Source of the DNA: Zygnema circumcarinatum SAG 698-1b
Taxonomy: Eukaryota; Plantae; Zygnematophyceae
Length of the DNA: 64,000 bases
Assembly (NCBI GenBank): GCA_037447605.1
Contig: CM074813.1
Location: forward strand, 2,976,001 to 3,040,000
Reading direction: 5' to 3'
In this document: positions 24,650 to 35,800 of the stretch, in pieces
Layout: each line of letters starts with the position of its first letter
How positions within the stretch are numbered: position 1 is the stretch's first letter
Translations under genes and position numbers: made by a program
The notes under the pieces: model-generated
The model's database searches: none
The model's input: only the letters and a program-made list of their open reading frames with translations
Told to the model about the DNA's origin: nothing

Positions 24650-27064
24650 AAACCCTAAACACTAAACCTTAAACCCTAAACACTCAACCCTAACCCTAAT
24701 CACTAAACCCTAACCCTAATCACTATACCCTAACCCCTAATCATTAAACCCTAACCCTAATCACTATACCCTAACCCTTAATCACTAAACCCTAAACCCT
24801 TAACCCGAAACCAACCTTAAACCCTAAACCCTAAACCCTAAAGCCTAAACCTGAAACCCTAAACCCGAAACCCTTAACCCTAAACACTAAACCCTAAACC
24901 CTAACCCCGAAACCCTAAATCCGAAACCAACCTTAAACCCTAAACCTTTAACTCTAAACCCTAAAACCCTAAACCCTAAACCCTAAACCTTAAACCCTAA
25001 ACCCTAAACCCGAAACCAACCTTAAACCCTAAACCAACCTTAAACCCTAAACCCTAAACCCTAAACCCTAAACCCTGAACCCTAAACCCTAAACCCTAAA
25101 CCCTAAACCTAAACCTAAACCCTAAACCCTAAACTCTAAACCCTAAACCCTAAACCCTAAACCCGAATCCAACCTTAAACCCTAAACCTTAAACCCTAAA
25201 CCCTAAACCCGAAACAAACCTTAAACCCTAAACCCTAAACCCTACACCCGAAACCAACCTTAAACCTTAAACCCTAAACCCGAAACCCGAAACCCTAAAC
25301 CCTAAACCCTAAACCCTAAACCCTAAACCCTAAACCCTAAACCCTAAACCCTAAACCCTAAACCCTAACCCCGAAACCCTAAACCCTAAATCCGAAACCA
25401 ACCTTAAACCCTAAACCTTTAACCCTAAACCCTAAATCCCTAAACCTTAAACCCTAAACCCTAAACCCGAAACCAACCCTAAACCCTAAACCTTAAACCC
25501 TAATCCCTAAACCCTAAACCCTAAACCCTAAACCCGAAACTAACCTAAAACCTTAAACCCTAAACCCTAAACCCTAAATCGGAAACCAACCTTAAACCTT
25601 AAACCTTAAACCTTCAACCATAAAACCTAAACCAACCCTAAACCCTAAACCCTAAACCCTAAATCGGAAACCAACCTTAAACCTTAAACATTAAACCTTC
25701 AACCTTAAAACCTAAACCAACCTTAAACCCTGAACCCTAAACCCTAAACCCTAAACCCTAAACCCTAAATCGGAAACCAACCTTAAACCTTAAACCTTAA
25801 ACCTTCAACCTTAAACCCTAAACCAACCTTAAACCTTAAACCCTAAACCCGAAACCAACCTTAAACCTTAAATCCTCAACCCTTAACCCGAAACCAACCC
25901 TAAACCCTAAACCCTAAACCCTAAATCGGAAACCAACCTTAAACCTTAAACCTTAAACCTTCAACCTTAAACCCTAAACCAACCTTAAACCCTAAACCCT
26001 AAACCCGAAACCCTTAACCCTAAACCCTAAACCCTAAATCGGAAACCAACCTTAAACCTTAAACCTTAAACCTTCAACCTTAAACCCTAAACCAACCTTA
26101 AACCTTAAACCCTAAACCCGAAACCAACCTTAAACCTTAAACCCTAAACCCTAAACCCTAAACCCTAAACCCTAAACCCTAAACCCTTAAACCCGAAACC
26201 CTTAACCCTAAACCCTAAACCCTAAACCCTAAATCGGAAACCAACCTTAAACCTTAAACCTTAAACCTTAAACCCTAACCCAACCTTAAACCCTAAACCC
26301 TAAACCTTAATCCCTAAACCCTTAACCTGAAACCAACCTTAAACCCTAAACCCTACACCCTACACCCTACACCCTACACCCTAAACCCTAAACCCAAAAC
26401 CCTTAACCCTAAACCCTAAACCCTAAACCTTAATCCCTAAACCCTTAACCCGAAACCAACCTTAAACCTTAAACCCTAAACCCTACACCCTACACCCTAA
26501 ACCCTAAACCCAAAACCCTTAACCCTAAACCCTAAACCCTAAACCCTAAACCTTAATCCCTAAACCCTTAACCCGAAACCAACCTTAAACCTTAAACCCT
26601 AAACCCTAAACCCTAAATCTTAAACCCAAAACCCTAAACCTTAAACCGTAAACCGTAAACCCTAAACCCTAAACCCGAAACCAACCCTCAACCCTAAACC
26701 TTAAACCCTAAACCCTAAACCCGAAACCAACCTTAAACCCTAAACCCTAAACCCTAAACCCTAAACCCTAAACCCTTAATCTTAAACCCAAAACCAACCT
26801 TAAACCTTAAACCCTAAACCGTAAACCCTAAACCTTAAACCCAAAACCCAAAACCAACCTTAAACCTTAAACCCTTAACCCAAAACCCTAAATCTTAAAC
26901 CCTAAACCCTAAACCCTAAACCCTAAACCCTAAACCCTAAATCATAAACCCTAAACCCTAAACCTTAAACCTTTAACCCGAAACCCTAAACCCAAAACCC
27001 TAAACCCTAAACCTTAAAACCTTAAAACCCTAAACCCTAAATCCAAAACCAACCTTAAACCTTA
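24650..27064 (+). repeat. Interstitial telomeric array (CCCTAAA)n, degenerate, ~2.4 kb
   Basis: Hundreds of CCCTAAA units with CCTTAAA, CCCGAAA, CCAA and CCCTACA variants. Confidence 0.97.
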
Positions 27065-28577
27065 AATAAAAAACAATCAGATTATTATTCAGATTGATCC
27101 CAGCGACTTCAGTCTAGCTTCAAAGTTTCTCCAATTGCCTAACTTTAAAAAACATATACAAAACAATTTATTCATGTAAAATTTGTAGACGTACTTGTTG
27201 TTGTCGTCAGTAAAAGGCCTCCAATGTAAATCTTTCTAGGGTTCCTTTTTACTTTTTCAACTATTGCTTCTTGGGTTTCTGGAATTTGCAGAATTAAAAA
27301 TTATGTAGGAAGAATTTCGTCAGGTAACCTCACGACAAGGTCTAAATTCTGCGGTATTAAAAACGCATTAGTCTTTAAAGGCGTATCTTCTAAAACATCA
27401 AAGGAGAAAACTTATAAAGAAATAATTTTTAAAACCAAAATAAGTTAAAATAGGTTATTTATGCATCTATAAAGAATCTTATCATCTCAGTATCTTATTT
27501 TGTTTTGGTGTTACTACATAAATTATAAACTATAATAAGTTAAGATTTTTGCTCCTATTCTGGGATCATTTTTTTTCGGATGGTATCGACTTTTTGCAGC
27601 TTTCAATATCAAAGCAGCATAAAGTAGGGAAGATTTGTTGTGGAGCGTGTAGTTGTTGGTTACATCCACGTATCATTTTTATAGTCGATTACTCACACAT
27701 AGCAAATACTAGTGAATGAATTATGTTGTTTGTTTGGCTGTAACAAAAAAAGTTTGAAGTAAACGTTGAGCACCTGAGACGTTTCTTGCAACATCTTTCT
27801 TCCTTGTTTGGGTTCGGAGGTAGCCTCCGCAGCAGCAGCAGCCTATATTTGGGGCTTTTTTGCTTGCTAGCTCTGCAAATACAACAAGCACAACAACTTT
27901 TGGGGGATCTATGTTCGGGTCTGCTGCCACCCTTGGATTCGGGTTTGCAAGGTCTATAAGTTCTGTAGGACTTACTCAGCTAGAAATTTGTCTATCTGAT
28001 CCTATAACCTCATTTCTTACCGTTCTGATATCAAAAACTGCAAGAAGTCGATACCATCCAAAAAAGAATGATCCCAGAGTAAGAGGAAGAATCTTAACTT
28101 ACTATAGTTTGTAATTTATGTAGTAACACCAAGACAAGATAAGATGCTGAGATGATAAGATTCTTTATGGATGCATAAATAACTTGTTTCAGCTTGTTTT
28201 AGTTTTGGAAATTGTTTTTTTATAGGTTTCTTCTTTTGATGTTTTAGAAAACATGCCTTTAAAGGCCAATGTGTTTTTAATACCGCAAAATCCAAACCTT
28301 GTCGCGAGGTGACGAAATTCTTCTTGCACAATTTTCAGCTCCGCAAATTTTAGAAGCCTAAAAAGTTGCAGTTGAAAAAGTGGAGGGGAACCCTAGAAAG
28401 ATTTACATTGGAGGCCTTTTACTGACGTCAACAACAAATGCGTCTACGAATTTTGCATGATTGAATTGTTTTGTATATGTTTTTGAAAGTTAGGCATTTG
28501 GAGAAACTCTGGAGCTAGACTGGGATCTGGCTAGTCACTAAAATCAATCTGTATAATAATCTAACTGTTTTTTTATT
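27065..28577. mobile_element. Older foldback/TIR element with ~550 bp diverged arms and a ~400 bp unrelated internal segment
   Basis: 27065-~27620 is the reverse complement of ~28015-28577, e.g. GTCAGTAAAAGGCCTCCAATGTAAATCTTTCTAGGGTTCC versus GGAACCCTAGAAAGATTTACATTGGAGGCCTTTTACTGAC. True termini and TSD are not visible. Confidence 0.75.
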
Positions 28578-29001
28578 GTTTTTTTTGAGCAAAAAACCTC
28601 ATCAGGTATTTTGGCATGTATGGCGCCATTCTGGATGCGGTTCACATTTGGGACCCAAAAACTCATGAACCTCGTGGATTCGGATTTGTCACCTTTGAGG
28701 ATCCTGCCGTATTGGAGTTGGTTTTCCAAGACCAGCACGCTATCGATGGCAAGCGTGTAATTCTGCTATTTCGGCACTTTGCCTAAGTGGTCCAATTGCA
28801 ATTTTGCATATTGTAACATTAGAATTAGATGACTTGAATTGAACTGCCTCTGTCTTTGCAGGTGCATGTTGAACCAGTAAAAAGCCAGGTGTAGAGAGAG
28901 GAGGTCACGGTGCTGCGAGGTCCGGTTACCGTTGGTGACAAACCACGAAACCACAAAACCACCCATATGGGCGATTGTTCGATTGACTGTTGTTCTACGG
29001 A
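28578..29001 (+). pseudogene. Second, inverted copy of the RRM gene fragment
   Basis: Reverse complement of 19119-19538. The splice acceptor is mutated (GAGCAG to GAGCAA) and the second exon has indels and an early TAG. Confidence 0.8.
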
Positions 29002-29556
29002 GACAATCAGCAAGCAAAATATAAATCAATGTGCTTGGCTGAAAGGGAAAAGAAGTTGAACCGAGGGAGAAATGAGAGGGATTGTGGTAGCATTAGCTCA
29101 TCAAAGAAATGTCCCTTTGTGTCCTTAGATCTGTCATATTTGAATAACAAATTCAAGTTGTTTGCCCAGAAAAATGCAGCAACACAATGAAAGCAAGTTT
29201 CATTGAAGTGATGGTCCTCTGCAAGTTGGGCTGACAGGAAATGTAAAATGGAACTAGAAAAGGAAAGAATTGTAATGGACATAGAAGCAGCCCAAAAACC
29301 TGGTGACCTGATCACCCTCTCTGCATGCTCCTTTACTCTCTCTTTCTCTCTCTCCCTCTTTCTCAACCTCTTTCCCTCGAGAAGACTCTGGCAAATGAGC
29401 TTGTGGATAGAGCGTTGCAGGCCTTGTGTAAGTTGGGAGTAGGGTTGTAAAGCAGTGTGAAGTAGGAACATGGTCATCCCATTGACTGCTTAATGTAACC
29501 GGCCGGGACGGGCCGGGCCGGCACTTGAGGGAACTTGAGTTTTTCTTGTGTCGACA

Positions 29557-29648
29557 ATGGGTGCCACAAGGAAGTTGCAAGGCGAAATTGACCGAGTGTT
29601 AACCAAGGTTCAGGAGGCGTGGAGGTGTTCGATGGCATCTGGAATAAG
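29557..29648 (+). pseudogene. NOT3: Isolated first exon of CCR4-NOT subunit NOT3 with a 1-nt deletion
   Basis: [20 protein letters not shown], then after one missing G, GVEVFDGIWNK; this matches the plant NOT3 N-terminus [31 protein letters not shown]. It is followed by GCAATT instead of a GT donor, and no further exons were seen. Confidence 0.85.
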
Positions 29649-30033
29649 GCAATTTTGTTCTTTCGTCGCCTCGCATACTCTTCCTTATCGCCAGTTGTTA
29701 TCTGATCGTCGGAGGAGGTCCAATTCCTTTTCTGCCATCAACACAAGTTCTGCAGGACTTGCTCAGTCAGAACGGAGTAGTCCTTTGCGGTACTCCCTGC
29801 CTTGTGACTCAAAGATACGCCCTAACTGAAGACGACGGTTTTTTCAGGCATTGAACGACAACAAAAATCGACTCGTCAAAAACTAAACCGAAATGACGAT
29901 CCAATTCCACTCCAAATCCAGTCGTTCAATCCAGTAGTAAAAGTATTCAGAAAAGATCCTTTCACAGCTCATTGCATAGCCCAACGTTCTCGTCACACAT
30001 CAGATGTGCTCATCAACATTTTTCATTATTGCT

Positions 30034-32866
30034 TTAGGGTCTTTTCGGATCTTCAGGGTTTCTCCTGCTGAGCCCTTCCACCCGCTGCAGCAATAGGAGG
30101 ACACCTTCCAGCGCTATAGGCCCACACCTAGCTGCCTTCTTTTCCGCCCACTGTGCCCACAACGCCGAGTCTGCCGTCTCCCACAGCGGGAGAAGTTCAG
30201 CCAACGGAAGGAAGCCACGTGGAGCCATCTCCCTCCCACCAGTCTGTCCACCCTCCACTTCTTCACTCTCCCCCAGAGCCACTTCCCTCTCCCCTCCCTC
30301 TTGCTCCCCCTCTCCCTCTCCCTCTCCCTCTCCCTCTCCCTCTCCCTCTCCCTCTCCCTCTCCCTCTCCCTCTCCCTCTCCTTCTCCCTCTCCCTCTCCC
30401 TCTCCCTCCCTCTCCCTCTCCCTCTCCCTCTCTCTCCCTCTCCCTCTCCCTCTCCCTCTCCCTCTCCCTCTCCCTCTCCCTCCCCCTCCCTAACGAGGGT
30501 TTTCGAGGTATTTGGAGCCTTTAGCGTCTCCCTGCTACTCTTCTCCCAAACCCCCCTCTCCCTAATTTCCTGGATTCCACATAGAAGGTCAGTCAATAGG
30601 AGCCAAATAGAATCGGCGTCCAGATTGGCTAAGGCAACTATGGCGTCTCCAGCTGCTTTCTGTAGAACAGGAGGGTATTCCGTTGAAAGAAACGGAACTG
30701 AAACTGAAGCAGCCGACCTCACCAAAGGCGAGAGAGCTGCCTTACTTCCTTCACTCCCTGCAATCCGAGCTATACATTCCAACACACTTTTTCGAAGCTT
30801 TAAAGCCTCTACGGGCACCCCCCACTCCCCTCTAATTTTCGGAGCCTTCAAACTTTCTATTGCTGCTAGGGCTTCTCGTGGTTTCAGAGTCTCCAAACCT
30901 TTTAGGGTTCCATGTGAAGTTAGGGTTTGGTTGCCATTGGAAGGAGGCATAGGAAGCAGCTGTTTCCGTGAGGGTGGTTCTATGGTGGCCCTCAGTAACG
31001 GATTGTTTGTTAGAGATGTGTACGACGGAGGATCGGACGGTCGACCTTCACGGAGCAGCCGAGTGATCGACGGCCACAAATCATCTCGAATTCGACGAGC
31101 TACAAAAGAACCTCCGCTTGCATGCGCTACGGAAGCCACGACTTCAAGACCGCGAATTATCACCTAATTTAAAAAAAAAGAAGAAGAAAAAAAAAAGGTT
31201 AAACATCGTCACGCCAAATTAGGTTAAGATCTTTTGGGTTTTTGGAATATATGCGTGTGTATATAAAACATAAGAGTAAAAAAAAAAAAAAATCAATACT
31301 CACTGGAACCCTGTTGCCTCGGACGCAGGTGGCCAGATAAGGCCATAAGAAGTGGACACGTGGCAGCAGCCGATTGGCTTCATCATCCGGCCTGCTTTGA
31401 ATTCTGTTCCCATCATCTGAGAGGAATTCGAGCCCTTCCTCTTTCAGTTGGAGGGTCTCCCATATCTCTCCCGCTGCTGCTCTCTCTCTCTCCTCCGCTT
31501 TGAAAGCAGAGTCCACATGTGAGAGAGCCCCAATAGCTGCCTGCATGTCTCACAGACATAACATCACATTGCTTCAAATTTCCTATCTTAAAACTCTTAA
31601 TAGTATTGCAACCTTAAAAAAAAAATTGCTCATCTAAATTTCCATTAAGATGTCAGGGAGTCCCTTTCTCGTATATTACTGTTCATTCCTCTCCTTCATC
31701 TCGAAGCGGCCTCCCTTTCTCCTCCCCCTCTCCCTCTCCCACTTCTCCGTTTCAATAATCTCTCCTCTCCATCCCTCGAACTTTCCCTCTCTCACATTTT
31801 GACCCTTCTACCTTCTCCCCATTTCCTAAAGTCTGCCTCTCTTCCTCCCTCGCCCATTCCCTCTCTCCTGCATTCTCCCTCCCAGATCATCCCTCTCTCC
31901 CTCTCTCCCTCTTTCCCCCTCTCCCTCTCTCCCTCTTGCCCTGCACGTCTGTCATACCTTCTTGGATGACTCTCTACAGCTTCAGGCAGACATAGAGCCC
32001 AAACAAAGGGCATGAATACTTAAATCATTTAAAAAAAAATCTCCCTATTTAGAGCAGAAGTTTCTCCTTCTAGATTTAGAAAACCTTTGAACTTTTCTTT
32101 ACCTCCGCGATGTCCAAAGAAATGAGCTGTTGGGGGAGCTCCTTCGAACAGAGAAATGGCGCAGATGCCTCCAAACTTGCTGACGCCAGCCCTCCTATTG
32201 ACGTCAGCAGTTTTCTCCGAGCCTCCATTTTTGCGACAACTTTCCTCACAGTCGTCTCCGACCACCGTGCAGTAATTGATTCGACACTTTCTCCCTCTCC
32301 CTCTCCCTCTCCTTCTCCCTCTCCCTCTTCCTCTCCCCCTGCAAAGCAATACATGTGGCATCAGGAAAACACTGCTTCGTTTTAGGGTGCTTTCAAGGCA
32401 TATTCTCGTGAGAGTTATGACCGCCATTCGACATTCATAGAAGGGGAGAGAGAGAGTGGGAGAGGTCGAGAGAGGGAGAGGAGAGAGAGGAGAGAGAGGA
32501 GGGACAGGAAGAGAGAGCGAGAGAGAGGAGGCGACGGAGAAACCTGATTCTGTGCCCTCCAAACCAGCCACCTTCCCCTTCTCCAAAGCTCGGGCAGCCA
32601 TGGCTGCCTCTCCCTCTGCTTCCTCACTCGCGACTCCTCCCTCTGTCCGTACAGCCATGGCCAGCTCTCGAAGAGCCTACTCAAAAAGAAAGAATACCCG
32701 CGGAAAATTCCAGAATTATTAGGGAGGAAAAACTTGTAAGAAAATTCTCTCGTTTACTTTGAGGAAAAGCGATTGGTCAGATTTAATTGTTTAGGAAATT
32801 CCAGAGCACTCAAAGTTTTCGGGTAAAGCTTAAGCATGGTGAGGTTGTTTGAGGGCAAAAGGAGCA

Positions 32867-32898
<32 letters not shown>

Positions 32899-35800
32899 CC
32901 AGCAGGAAGGTGGAGGTGTGGGAGGCATGGCGGCGGCGGGAGGTCACTTGGAGGCCGCGCAGGACAGCTTGCATCTGCAGAGAGTGAGAGAGGGGGAGAG
33001 AGAGAGAGTAAGGGAGAGGGAGAGGGGAGAGAGGAAGGAAGGAAAGAAAGAGATGAAGGGGAAAGCATATGACAAGCGAGAGGGAAGACGCTGAAAGAAG
33101 AAGACAGTGAGAAAGATAGAAGACGGAAGGAGAGGAGGGAGAGGAAGGAATCAGCAAGACAAAACAGAACGACTGACCGACTGACTGACTGACTGGCCAA
33201 TTGCCCAATTCACTGACTTGGTCGAGTGGCTGACTGACAGTGTTAACGGAGCCGCCAAACTGAACTGAACTGAACTGAACTGAACTGAACTGGACTGAAC
33301 TGAACTGAACTGAACTGAACTGGACTGTACTGAACTGAACTGAACTGAACTGAACTGGACTGGACTGAACTGAACTGAACTGAACTGAACTGAACTGAAC
33401 TGAACTGAACTGGACTGGACTGAACTGAACTGAACTGACCGGCTCATGGAGCAGCGGCAGCAGGCGGCGCGCGGCCCCATTGGTCCGCAGCGCCGCGAGG
33501 AGGAGCTGCGGGGATCGCGGGCGCAGCGCCACGTGGCGCAGACCGCGACAAAGCAGCTCCACCACGTGGTCCGCGTTGGCGGCGATCATGGCGCCGACCT
33601 GCACCACTCGGCAGAGAGAGAGAGGGAGGGAGGGAGAGAGAGAGAGGGAGGGGAGGGGGAGAGAGGGAGGGGGAGGAGGAGAGGGAGGGAGGGCGAGAGT
33701 GGGAGAGGTAGTGAGAAAGGGAACTGTGAGTGACTGGCGACGCACACTTCCTCGCTAGCACTAACTCTCGTATCCTGCCTCCTTTCCCTTCTGCTTTCTC
33801 ACCGTTCCTTCCCCCCCCACTTCCTTTCTCTCTGTCTCTTTTCAACAGCTCTTCCCCACCCCCCCAACTCCCATTCTCCCCGCTACTCCGCCCCCTTCTC
33901 TCCCTCCCACCCTAACCACACCCTCCCTCCCTCCCTCCCTCCCNNNNNNNNNNTCTCTGTGCCCTCCTGCCTGAGAAAGCGCTCTTAGAGCTCGGCCTGC
34001 AGCCGCCCTCACAGCCTCTCTAGAGTCCCCTGCGGCCTCCAACACCCGCGGGAGAGCGCGGAGAAGCACTCCTTCCCACCTCCCCTCTCCCTCTCTCTCA
34101 CTCTCACTCTCTCCCTCTCCCTCTCTCCCTCCATTTCCCCCTACAGCTCCCACCATGGCTGCCACTCCATCCAGGATCACCTGCGACCACAGGGCAAAAA
34201 AAAGAAAAAGGAAAAAAAGAAAAAGGAGAAGAAGTAAGAAATTCTATTTTTTATTTTGATTTTCAGCTTTTGGGGTTCAGAATGAGGGTTTGAGGGTCTG
34301 CGATTTTGGAGAGTAAGGAATTAGGAATTAGGGTTTCAAGATTTGAAGTTTTTAGGAAAAAAACTCACTTTTTGTAGGAGGGCACTTTCATTTGCCTCTC
34401 GGATGGAATCCCTCTCTCTGCTCTCTCCCTCTTGAAAACTTTTTTCGGAAGAAAATTCCCAAAAATGGGGTTCCGAAAATTCCGCAACCACATTTTCAAC
34501 AATTTTTAACACATCTGCTCTCCTTCTTGCTTCAAAAATGAAAGTTTCCTCCTTTGATTTCTCTCTCCCAGAAATTTCTTCTTCCTGGGCAGCCCATAAA
34601 GTTTCTCCACTGCCCGACCCAGCTGCCCCTACAATAATTTCTGTGATGATAAAAGCAGCGGTGGCAGCTCTGCGATGCAAAAAGTCAACGCTTTCATTCA
34701 TGCTATCGTCAATTTCTTTTTGAATATTTTTGAATGATCTGAGTTCCATGCTGTTGGAAATTTTCCGTAAAACGGCGATGAAGGGCTCAATGGCAGCCGC
34801 AAGTGCAGACCCTCCGCGATGAGTGGTGGGAGAAGCTGGGCCAGTCACAGCAGACAGACAGGTTTGAGAGAGAGAGAGAGGGAGAGAGAGAGAGAGAGCG
34901 AGAGAGGGAGAGAGAGAGGGACAGGCTAAAAAGTGGAGGAGAGAGAGGGAGAGGAGGGAGAGAGGGGCAGAGGGGGGAGAGGAGAGAAGAGAGAATAGAG
35001 GGAGGGACATGAGAGAGGAGAAGAGAGGCAGTGGGGGGAGGACTGGGGAAGGGAGGGCAGAGGGCAGGGAATGGGGAGAAGAAAAGAGAGGGAGCGAGAG
35101 AAAGAAGAGATTGAGAGAGAGAAGAAAGAGAGAGAGAGAGGAGGGGAGCAGGGGGTGTGAGAGAGATGAAGAATACCAGTACAAGCATGTCACATAATTC
35201 CCAGGAATGGAAAAGCACAGAAAAGAGTGTGTGTGAGCGAGAGGGGAAGCGTGCAAAAGAGAAAGGGGTTGAGAGAGACAGAAGGGGAGAGAGAGAGAAA
35301 GAGAGAGAGAGAAGTGGGAGTGAGAAGCTAACCTTGTACTGCGAGCTGACCAATGAGACGGAGAACTTGAACAAGTGCCTCATAGAGCTCTTCGTTGTGA
35401 ACGTACTCAAAGTTTGCCAGCATTTCGGAAACTATGTTTGTTTCAAACTTGGTCCGAGATATCCTTTCTTGCCTGCCCGCGATGCGTTTTCCATCTTTTA
35501 ACTCCGAAAAAATTTCCTCTGTGGACTTCTTTTTTTGTCCTGAAGCTGAACCTGCTTGTGAACGAGGGGGTTCCAAGCGTTCAGTTTCCGTAGTCAGTAA
35601 CGGAATTGGAGGAATTGTGTTCAAGGAAATCATCGGCGAAGAGCTGAGTTCGAGGAGGAGAGAACTTCCGCCGGAAAATTTGAAGCATTCGGAGAAGGAG
35701 TCGGCAAAAAGCCGCATCTTAATCTTCACATGTTGAAAACCAAAAACAAAAATATTCAAATTGAGAGTTCAAAGTGGACGGATGAGACTGCGGAACTCTG

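Noticed and set aside
24650-27064. A true chromosome end
   Set aside because: It is flanked on both sides by contiguous non-gap sequence and is heavily degenerate. A mis-join cannot be excluded without reads.
19119-29001. One giant transposon with ~1 kb TIRs (RRM arm plus foldback arm) interrupted by the TSL fragment
   Set aside because: The geometry fits, but there is no TSD, the termini are not canonical, and the two arm pairs look differently diverged. Not called as a feature.
29007-29480. Additional captured gene fragment
   Set aside because: It looks exon-like on the minus strand, but I could not assign it to any family.
33151-33480. (SSVQF)n repeat protein or CRISPR-like array
   Set aside because: Simple intronic pentamer microsatellite with no unique spacers; the context is eukaryotic.
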